From the human T2T-CHM13v2.0 reference genome, Homo sapiens: DNA of 64,000 nt. Made by a program: the position numbers and the translations under genes. This document shows, one piece after another, positions 53,531 to 64,000 of the stretch (its first letter is position 1; each line of letters opens with the position of its first letter). The notes beneath the pieces were generated by a model. The model made no database searches. It had not been told where the DNA came from and worked only from the letters and a program-made list of their open reading frames with translations. The stretch is from NCBI RefSeq assembly GCF_009914755.1, contig NC_060938.1. The stretch is one strand, 5' to 3'.

Positions 53531-54014
53531 CTAAAGTGAGAGAAATCATGGTAAGAAAGCCCCCAGGCATTTTAAACAGTCCCAATCTCTCCAGACCAAA
53601 ACTCATGACCTCTGGTGCGCAGACGCCCACGGCATGAATTCTGACTATGAAGCGGCTGTGGAGGACACAGCACACTGACTGAGCACACCGGCTCCGCATC
53701 AGATCTCAATCAGCCCCAACCTAGCCACTTCCTGGCTGTGAAACTTCAGGGAGTCTCAGTTCCTCAGTAAAATAAAAGTAATCATACCTTCTCATTGGGT
53801 TATTAAAAGAATGAAATGAAATACACAGTTTCTGGCTGAGTTTTATCAAATGTTAGTTGTTTGCTGTTTTGGCTACTGAGTGCTTTATTCATTCAACAGA
53901 CAATTACAGAGCACCATCTCTGTGTTGGGCACATTCTAGATGAGAATGAAGGAAAGTCCTTGTCCTCAGTGGGCTTACATTCAAGTTGGGAAGATAGACA
54001 AATGAAGGAATATA

Positions 54015-54427
54015 CAGGTGACTCTTGAACCACACGGGTATGAATTGAGTGGGTCCACTTATACATAGATTTTCTTCCAGATCTGCCACTCCTGAGACAG
54101 CAAGACCCACCCCTTCTCCTCTTACTCAATGTCACAATGACGAAGATGAAGACCCTGATGATAACCCACTCCCACTAATGAATAGGAAATGTATTTTCTC
54201 TTCCTTATGATTTTCTTAATAATGTTTTCTTTTCTCCAGCTTACTTTATTGTAATACAGTATGTAATACATTTAGCAGACAACATATGTGTTAATCAACT
54301 GTTTGCGTTACTGGTAAGGCCTCTGGTCAACAGTAGTTAAGTTTTGGGGAGTTAGAAGTTATATGGATTTCGACTGCATGGGGTGGGGTCAGCATCACTG
54401 CCCCCTGTGCTGTTCAAGAGTCAAATG
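54015..54427 (+). mobile_element. Tigger2a-like DNA transposon with both TIRs and TA TSD
   Basis: ta|caggtgactcttgaac ... gttcaagagtcaaatg|ta. Confidence 0.88.
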
Positions 54428-54829
54428 TACGTGCTGACAGGTACTGACTGCCAGGTAAGAGGGGAGCGAATACCCAGGTGCATCTCTAAGACACTGGAAC
54501 AGTGGCCCAAAGAACGACCACCAACCACACACCCTGACGCGGACGGGACGCTGATGTTGTGGCACAGACCCCATTTGCCTTGGCCAAGCCACCCCTTTGA
54601 GCCTCATTTTCTTATCTTCTGATAGGGAGAGTTACATACCTGTATTACAAGGTTATTGTGAGGGCGAGCTGTGAAGCTGGACGTGAACACATTTTATAAG
54701 GATCTAAACAAATGTGGGTTTTTACATCATGATCATTTTCTCCAAATGCCACTTTTCCCATTTAAAAACAAAAATAAAACAACCTCCTCAAATTTCTCCA
54801 TAAAGCAATCTTCCTTCTCTGAACTCCCA

Positions 54830-55168
<339 letters not shown>

Positions 55169-55354
55169 TGAATTATATATGATTAGAATGTAAGCTTTGG
55201 AAGACAGGATTTATTCCGATTAACTGTGTAAACCTGTAATTCCAAGCAGGTGCCTGACAGAGGTTATGAATGCTTCACTGGTGAGTAAAAAGAATACTCA
55301 TGCTGCAGATTATGAGATTGACTCTCTTGCTCTAAAAACCAGAAACAAAACTGT

Positions 55355-55450
55355 AAGATGAAGGTTACAGGGAGGCCTATTTTGCCTCAATATAAGGAAT
55401 GGCTTTCTAACTATATAGTCTTCTCGCTCTGGAAAGGGCTGCCTTGCAAA
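55355..55450 (+). mobile_element. L3/CR1 fragment
   Basis: gttacagggaggcctattttgcctcaatataaggaatggctttctaac...gggctgcctt. Confidence 0.6.
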
Positions 55451-55879
55451 ATCAGATCTTGAGCAGGGTCATGACTCTTGGAAGGAGGCTAGGACTACAC
55501 TGCTGAGTACACAGCTCCTGCATCAGTGCAGGACTCAGTCCCTGAGTGCTGGGCCTGTCACAGACATCACCTTCTTTACTCCCACGCAGCCAGGTTGACA
55601 ATCACAGACCCTTTCTACAGGGAACCTAAGACACCAATTTAACCTGGCCAGGCTGAGCTAGTGGGTCACAAGCTTGAAATCTGAGGTACTGTTCTTCTGG
55701 GGTCCACTGCATCCCACAAAAACATCAGTGGAAAAGGCAAAGCTGGCAGGCTGGGTGCAGAACAGACAGGGCAGTCAGGGGATCTGCCATTCACAAGGCT
55801 ATTTCAGAACTATTAGATTACAAGGGCACTTTTATTGGATAATCTGCCCAGCACAAACTTACAGCTAAAATGAATTTCC

Positions 55880-55986
55880 ATGCTCGCTTAGGCAGCACAT
55901 ATACTAAAACTGGAATAATACTGGGAAGATGAGCATGGCACCTGCGCAAGGATGACACACAAACTAGTGAAGACTTCCATATTTTT
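55880..55986 (+). pseudogene. U6 snRNA retro-pseudogene (full length, ACAGAGA box mutated to ACTGGGA)
   Basis: Gapless by-eye alignment to U6 (GTGCTCGCTTCGGCAGCAC...TTCCATATTTTT) with ~14 mismatches in 107 nt. Confidence 0.95.
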
Positions 55987-56475
55987 GTCCTATGGCACTG
56001 TAGGATGGCCATAGTTAACATTAACACATTTCATAGTTTCAGATAGCGAGGATACTGAACATTCCCAACACAAAGAAATGAAAAACTGAGATGATGGATA
56101 TGCTAATTATCCATCTGCTCTGATCTTATACATTACATGTATCAAAACATCACCAATGGGCCAGGTTCACACCTGTAATCCCTGCACATTGGGAGGCCGA
56201 GGCGGGTGGATCGCTTGAGCTCATGAATTTGAGATCAGCCTGAGCAACATGGCAAAAACTCATCTCTACAAAAAAATATAAAAATTAGCTGGGCATGGTG
56301 GTGCACGCTGACGTGGGAAGATGGCTTGAGCCTGGCAGGTGGAGGCTGCAGTGAGCCGTGATTGAGCCACTGCACACCAGCCTGGGTAACAGTACTAGAC
56401 TTTGTCTCAAAAAAAAAAAAACAACTTGATATATGTCATGAATATGTACAATTATAATTTGTCAATTAAAGAAAA
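55987..56475 (+). mobile_element. L1 3'-end fragment (L1MA-like) fused directly to the U6 copy and interrupted by an Alu
   Basis: cattcccaacacaaagaaatga...gatgatggatatgctaatta and atatgtacaattataatttgtcaattaaa resemble the L1MA 3' UTR terminus. Confidence 0.8.
56159..56420 (+). mobile_element. AluJ with internal deletions, inserted in the L1 part of the U6-L1 chimera
   Basis: Recognisable arms plus A tail. Confidence 0.9.
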
Positions 56476-58549
56476 TGTTTTTAACCATCTTGAAAAAACG
56501 TAAAAATAAGAGAAGTAAAGTTTTTTTAAAAAGGCCATGATGGTAAAAGATATGGTCCACCTGGAGTGGACTGCAAGCTCGTAAGGACTCAAATGAAGCA
56601 AAAAATATTCAAAAACAGTGTTCAGGCCATATCAATTCCAGGTAGAGGTAATATGCCATGCAAATGCAGAAAGTTATCTAATCCTCCTTGGCAAATATCC
56701 CAAATGAATACTGGCAGCCAAGCCTCACCAATACTCAGGCTCTCAAATTCGAAGAAATCAGGAAGACGACCTGAACTTGGTCTCATCAATGGTACCTTAT
56801 AAACTAACGGCAACAGAATATACTACGCCCTCACTCTCTGTCTACAAAGATCCATCAGCACCAGCATTTCCGTTAAGGCAATCATTTCACCAACTCACTA
56901 TACATTCACTCAAGTTCAACTAAAGTTAAGCCATCTACTATCCACTTGATATTAAAATGCAGCAGGGGTGAAAAGTCACAACTGTGCTTCCACACTGGGC
57001 TGCTGAGAGGTCCCAGACTCAGATTCAAAGTCACATGTTAATAATAGCTGATGTCCTGGAGGGTCCTCTAACCCCTTCCTCCTTTTTGTGCTTTTATCAC
57101 CTCCGTTTTCTTCCTTGAGAGTAGATTATAGCTACAAAGGGCGGCCACAGGATAGCTGCAGTCTAAACCATTAAGAGCAGAAGAAATTACAAGAATTGCA
57201 CAGTTCTTCAGGGACACCAGAGTATGGGTATACCAATATATCAACGAATGTGAGTGATTACAAATGTGTGTAATGTGGGAGTGTTCTCATAAGGATACTT
57301 ATTCAGGGTCACCTCAAAAACATTAACAGGTTCCCTCTTCTATCATACACATTAAAAACAAAACAAAAACAAGGTCTAAAAATCCTGTCCCAGAGGATAG
57401 AGAATCTACTCAGGGAAGATCTTAGGTTTGGTTTTGTTTTAAAGCAGGTTTCAAAAAGGAATTTTTTGAAGTTTCTTTTGTTTTTAAACTTCTAGGGATT
57501 TTCACAAAGCTCTTATTGATCAGACTCATAGGGAGGGCCCAGGACAAGTAAAGCTGGGACTGGAGTTGGGGAGAGAAGGAATCACAGAACGGGACAGGCC
57601 TGTGGAGACAGAGGAGATGGAGGAAAAACTGTGTCTAGGGTCAGACAGGTCTCAGCTTCCGCCTTGACTGGGCTTACTCAGTGGCTCTGGCGAGCTTTCC
57701 TGTTCCTACACCTGCTTCCTCACTTATAAAATGGGGACGGTGCCCAGCTCTGGAGGAACAGCGAGGGTTAGGGAGCCTCTGTCAGGGCCCTCAGCCCACC
57801 ACTGGCATTTGGAGGCGCCAAGGAACACTGTCTTAGGAGAAAGCCCTGTATTTCTGGCCTCTATTCTGACTTCTCAGTACACAAATTAAACGATCAATGA
57901 CAGCCTAGACCTGGTATTGGAGCTTTCTTCTAATTTGTTTAATTCTGTCTCAGATTATTCTAGGAAGGTATAGTTTCAGACACCTCCTTATATAATAGAA
58001 AGTAAGAAAAGTCTTACCGTGCTCAGCCCACAGCGGGCATTGCCTAACCTTCCTTGGTTAGGATGCCAGCCCCAAGTTATATCACTTGGGACTCCATGGT
58101 AACTGTTTGCCCTTTAAGTCTGTATTCCATGCCCCTATGGGTGCCTCTACTCCCATGCAAACACCTGCGTCACAGGTAAGGTGGGAGGCTAGGGAAAACG
58201 TGCATCACTTTGCTGGACATCAGCTCCCAAACTGATTGACAAAAGCAACACTTTTCCTAAAAGGGCCAAGGACCGCAGTCAGGTAAAGAGATGAGGAAGA
58301 GGAGGAAGGCCATGGTTTAATAGGAGGACTTCCAGTGAGAAGGGTCAGCGAGGAAGACAGAGCAGAAGCGTTGCCAGTCCCGAGGGCAGGATGCAGATGC
58401 TGGGGTCTGACCTGGGAACTCAAACCCGCCTCAGGGGGACACACCAGTGTACACTAGGGGCACCCTCCCCCAGGCTCCAAGGCAGGGACACACACCACCG
58501 AGAAGACCCCAGACAGAACCCCAAGGACAAAGAAAAAGTATTTCATTTC

Positions 58550-58844
58550 TTTTTTTTTTTTTGAGACAGAGTCTCACTCTGTCACCCAGGCTAGAGCGCA
58601 GTGGTACAATCCTGGCTCACTGCAACTCTGCCTCCCGGGTTCAAGCGATTCTCATGCCTCAGCCTCCCAAGTATCTGGGACTACAGGCGCACGCCACCAC
58701 GCCCAGCTAATTTGTGTATTTTTTAGTAGAGACGGGGTTTCACCATGCTGGCCAGGCTGGTCTTAAACTCCCGACCTCAGGTGATCTGCCCACCTCAGCC
58801 ACCCAAAGCGCTGGGATTAAAGGCGTGAGCCACTGTGCCCAGCC
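58550..58844 (-). mobile_element. AluSx-like with TSD atttcatttctt
   Basis: Reverse dimer; TSD on both flanks. Confidence 0.93.
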
Positions 58845-59649
58845 CATTTCATTTCTTCAGTCCCCCAAAAGCCACTGGAACTAAAGCTGGACAAAATAGA
58901 AAAAACGAAGAACACTAAATTCACAGAAGGTGAAGTCTCCATGTGATCTATAACATTTACAAAACAAGAACATAGTTAAAAGCACAGATCTTTTAAATGA
59001 CATAGCTACAGTTTTCATTTATGGAAATGATGAAAATGAGATATGTGTTTAGAATGAGTAATTTACAAAATTGGAAACCTTAAATAGCACACAACGAAGG
59101 CAGTGCTTACACACTGAACACAAATTAATCTCAATGTCAGCTATCACGAACAGGCAAGGTCACAGGTCAGGGCATTTCACCAAGACAGCCAGTGGCTCTA
59201 CCAAACTTTATAAAGGCACCGGCAACTCTCCAGAGAACAGGCAAGCCTGGACTGATGTCCTAAGTCCTAGTTTTTTCAGTCTTTGTTTCATTAAATAAGT
59301 TGAACCGGTAAGGATAACAATAAAAGAAAAAAATAGAGCACAACCAGCTTCCTCATAGCTTGGGGGAAAAAAAGCAAATAGGCTTATTACTTCCTCTAAG
59401 AACGAGTATCTTTCAATCCCAACACAGAGTAAAACGAAGAGGTGGAGTGATCTTTAGGGAGCTGGAAGAGACTGCCAGCAAGCTCACAGGCTGGACTGAC
59501 AGGCCCGCAGTCCTCAGTCAGCAGGGCCACACCCAGCTTTCTGTGAAATACCAGTGCGAGAGAGGAGATTTTAAACAAGATTGCTCTGCCCTTAAAACTA
59601 GACTATTTCTTTGTCCCAAAATTAAGACCAGACACAACCTTAAAGACTA

Positions 59650-59850
59650 AGACAGTGGTTTGGTGAGCCCCTGTGGCTAGGAGCACAGGCTTTGGGTCTA
59701 ACAGACCTGCTTGGAGTCCAGTTCCAAGTGCAGGTACCATAAGCCTCTGGCAGGCTGCTCAACTTCTCCCATTCCCCATTTGAAAAATGAGGACTGAAAC
59801 TCCCTCACAGGGTAAGGATCAAAGCCTGAGAAGAGAGCCGACACTGCACC
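59650..59850 (+). mobile_element. MIR
   Basis: gagcacaggctttgggtctaacagacctg...cccatttgaaaaatgagg. Confidence 0.65.
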
Positions 59851-60569
59851 AGGGAGAGTCACTCTTACTGAATCCACTGTCACAGTGGCAGTGGCAGTGG
59901 CAGAAGCGTCATCTGCAGCTCTCAGCACAGCTTCAGCCCCCTTCTCACGCAGTGTCTTCCATCTGCAGCCACGGGTTTCCTACGACGTGGAAAAGAGCCG
60001 CTCCGACAGAACAGTTCCAGGGGCACACTGTGAAGAATGCTGCTTACCTCACTGGAAAAATCCTCCAGCCAACCTAGATGAACAACCTGAAAACAGACAT
60101 CATTCTTTCCCTTCTATGCCCCATAGTATCTACCCAGTTCCCATGACCATAGAATGCAAGGATTAAATCTAGATTCACGGCTCATCAACCTCAACACCTC
60201 CGGCCTATGAAACTGACCGCCTTGTACCCTCACCATCATCTTTGACTCTATTCTGTCCCTCCTCAATTTGTAGCTCATACCCCTCAGTCAGCAGATGCAA
60301 TGTTACCATGAAGTTGGCTGAGAACAAAAAATGTCACATATGGAACACGTTTGCTTCTAGGGAAACATTTAAGTGAAACTGAGGTCAGGAAAATGGCACA
60401 CAGGAAGCAGTGGCCACAGTCACTCTTGGAACTCTGAGGCCAAGTGAACTTTATAAATGATCTGCTGTGTTATGCATCAATTTCAGCAATTTTTTATTAA
60501 GCACTCCATGCAAAAACTGCACAAGACACATACTCTCAAATTATCAGTGACGAGGAAATCAGGTATCTT

Positions 60570-61480
60570 TACATGAAGAGCCATCTAAAACCATTTTTGT
60601 ATCAAATATATAGTAATGGATTACATAGTCTATCAAATAAAATAAATATCCATGAGTCCATACCGATATGAACAGCTGAATAAGTAAATAAATGTGGAAG
60701 AAGGGACAGCTCTTCCTTTTAGTAAAATCCCAATGAATGCATGTAGAAGAAATAACGGAGACAGAAAATCACCACTTGGCAAACACTACAGTAGTAACTA
60801 TTACAGACAAAAATCATGATAGATACAAAAACCAGTATCTATCAGGTTTTTGCATCTGGTGAGAAACAGGATATTTGATGGTGAGAAACAGGACATTTGC
60901 ATAGTCTCAAAGTATCTTTCTATAAGGTATTCATTAATTATAAGAGAAAAACAGTAACTTCTGATGGAAAAACCAAAAAGACATATTGATTCATGTATTC
61001 CCTGAGAAGGACACACTTTACTTCCATGGTATTCTTGCATAAAATGCGTAATTTCAGTCTACACATGATAAAATATCCAACAAATGCATACTGAGGGACC
61101 TCTACAAAGTAACCGGTCAGGCCAGCAGTGCTCTTCAAAAGTGCCGGGGTCATGAAAGACAAGGAGAGACCAAGGAACTATCCCAGGCTGGAAGTGATTT
61201 GAGAAGATTCGACAACTAAATGCAATACGGGATTCTGGAAGGGAAAAAAGGGCATTAATGCCAGGACAACACTGGTGAAATTCAAACAAGGTCTGCAGAT
61301 CAGTTAATAGTATCGTACCACGGTTGACTTCCTGGTTTAGATCATTAAACTGAAGGCTGTATAAGATGTTAACTTTAAGTGAAGCTAGGTGAAGTGTATA
61401 TGGGAGTTCTGTGCACAAATTTTGCAACTGTTTTGTAAGTCTAGAATTATTTCAAAATAAAAAGTTAAAAAACAAACAAA
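60570..61480 (+). mobile_element. L1MC/MD-type 3' end
   Basis: aaatatccatgagtccatac...ttttgcaactgttttgtaagtctagaattatttcaaaataaaaagtt. Confidence 0.8.
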
Positions 61481-63063
61481 CAAATTTCACATCCCCAGAA
61501 ATACTAGTCCCTATCCCTGGTGTGATACCTCACACTTAAGATAAACCAACAGAATAGAAGAAGCTGAATAGGGAGAGGAGCCCCATGCCAACTCAGAGTG
61601 ACAATCTGCAATACAATCTATGCATAAACTGGGACACTCCTGTATACAACCTCTGCCACAGAGGAGTCCAAGTTATATAAAGCATATGTGTATTTTCCCT
61701 TACAGTGCTAAAGGACACGTAGCTATATACAGCGTATGCTACTGAGCGTCTAAACCCTTTCCGTGAATTTCAGGGCCTTGGGATCTTTAAGCTGATGCCC
61801 AGAGGTTTTCACTCTAATTTGGTACACATTCCTGAAGGCCTCATGTATTATCAGAGTTCTAAATGTAGATGAGAGCTTTATGAAAACATAGGCTAAATAC
61901 ATCTCTGGAAATTCACATCTTGTGCTATTCTTGTGTAGCTCTGTCAGAGACAAGTAGAACAGCAGAAAATGTTTGTATTTAGCCACAACTGCCACAGGAT
62001 GCCAAGAACCAAAAGTGACATCTTCCTCTGCCTCTTGGCGGGCCCTGTTTTCAGAGACAGGCTGCAGCAACAGTAAGTTGTGAACATGGCTGCTTGTCTC
62101 TTCTGCCACTCAGCTCTGGCTAGGTAGGAGTTGCCTGTTCGAGGAAGATGGCCAACTTGAAATTGCCTTACTCCATCCTGAAGCATAAGGCAGGAAAAGG
62201 GGGAGGCTGCTGCAATGATGCTTGCCTCGAAACAAAATTCATGGCAGTTGATACACATATGAGTTTCTCCATCTCCATACCTTCCCCTGCACCTTTCAAA
62301 TGGTTGGATCAACACAAAAGAAGAAATCCAAGTAAGGTGTGACAAATCACTTAAGTGATGAGATCAACTGAAAAATAGTAGTAATCAATTTAATAGATAT
62401 GTCTCTATTCCGTTAAACCCTGTATGCCTGCATTTACTTAAAAAGCATTACATTCAATCTCAACAACATAGAAAAATGTACATGTCTCTAAGATAAGCTA
62501 ATCTTCAGACAAGCTGGTGCCCCACGTCACAGCACCGGGCCCATTACATGGCACTGATTATCAATTAAACAGTTCATTCACAGGGTCTATTAATTTATTT
62601 TTCATTGGCATAGATGAAAAACATCTGAGCTAATCATTCAACTATGTTAAGGTAAGTAAAATCTGATAGGATATACGTTGCTTTCACACAATTATAGTAC
62701 TTCAAAGTAGGGTTTAAGCCAAACCCTACTTTTCCACTTATTTCTATCACAAAACTGGTCATCCATTTCCAAGCAAAAGTCTCAACTTACAGCTGAACTT
62801 TGGTATGTCCTGATCTGCTAGTATTTTTCTAGGGTTAAAGTTGCAACAGTTTTAAATGCCAAGTTCGGCCTTCCACCATGAGCCCTCTCTTCTTCCCTGG
62901 CCTCTGTTTCACAAACTGACATAAATTTTAGCTCCATTTCATACAAGCCTCTTCTAGCCTTTGGCTCAGCCACAATTTCTAAACTTAGCTTCTGGAGTTT
63001 GGGTGGTAGACTTTCCTCAACCATCAAGCTGCAGTATGATGTTTCAGCAGCAGGTGTTGTATC

Positions 63064-63426
<363 letters not shown>

Positions 63427-63615
63427 TGAGGCTTCTGGTTACACACTATTATCTGTTGAACACCTGAAGGATATATACAGTGAGTGTCAAACATCTCATG
63501 AAGAAGATGTCAAGAAGAAGATATTTGACATACACTGTATGTAGCATTCAGGTGTTCATACAGGTGTTTTACATTTTACAATGTAAAAACTGGAAGGACT
63601 CCTCAAAACTCGTAA

Positions 63616-63976
<361 letters not shown>

Positions 63977-64000
63977 CAAGACTTTTGTTGTAAACAAACT

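Noticed and set aside
55880-55986. Functional U6 snRNA gene
   Set aside because: ACAGAGA box mutated, ~14 substitutions, no evident upstream PSE/TATA, and fused to an L1 tail
56540-56815. Coding-like unique stretch with ORFs on both strands next to the U6-L1 chimera (possible transduced or pseudogene fragment)
   Set aside because: No recognisable homology, poly(A) tail or TSD; a BLASTX/Dfam search would be needed to support any call

Overview
Human (primate) genomic DNA containing the 3' half of SETD3 (actin His73 N-methyltransferase) on the minus strand. Seven coding exons (exons 7-13 of the canonical model, residues ~226-594) splice in phase through GT-AG sites. They are followed by a ~940-nt 3' UTR ending near an ATTAAA signal at 9325-9330. 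Positions ~25484-64000 are one large intron; exon 6 and everything 5' of it lie beyond the window. Positions 1-~9290 are intergenic; from memory of the locus this is the side facing BCL11B. Two short-isoform endings after exon 8 can be read from the sequence: an intron read-through (VTTSSPVLC*) and an alternative terminal exon (TPEDSFALAVASA*) that appears to be carved out of an L2 element. The rest is ordinary mammalian repeat content (about 17 Alus or Alu fragments including an AluYa5, L1, L2, L3, MIR, THE1 and MLT1 LTRs, Tigger2, MER20, MER5, MER3), a U6-L1 chimeric retro-pseudogene, a strong CTCF site and several candidate conserved non-coding elements. I see no evidence of a wholly new genetic system. 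The most notable items are the L2-derived terminal exon, the U6/L1 chimera, the inverted Alus plus a 23-bp direct repeat around exon 12, and several small DNA-repair or template-switch scars. Repeat subfamily calls are by eye against remembered consensus sequences, and their boundaries are approximate.
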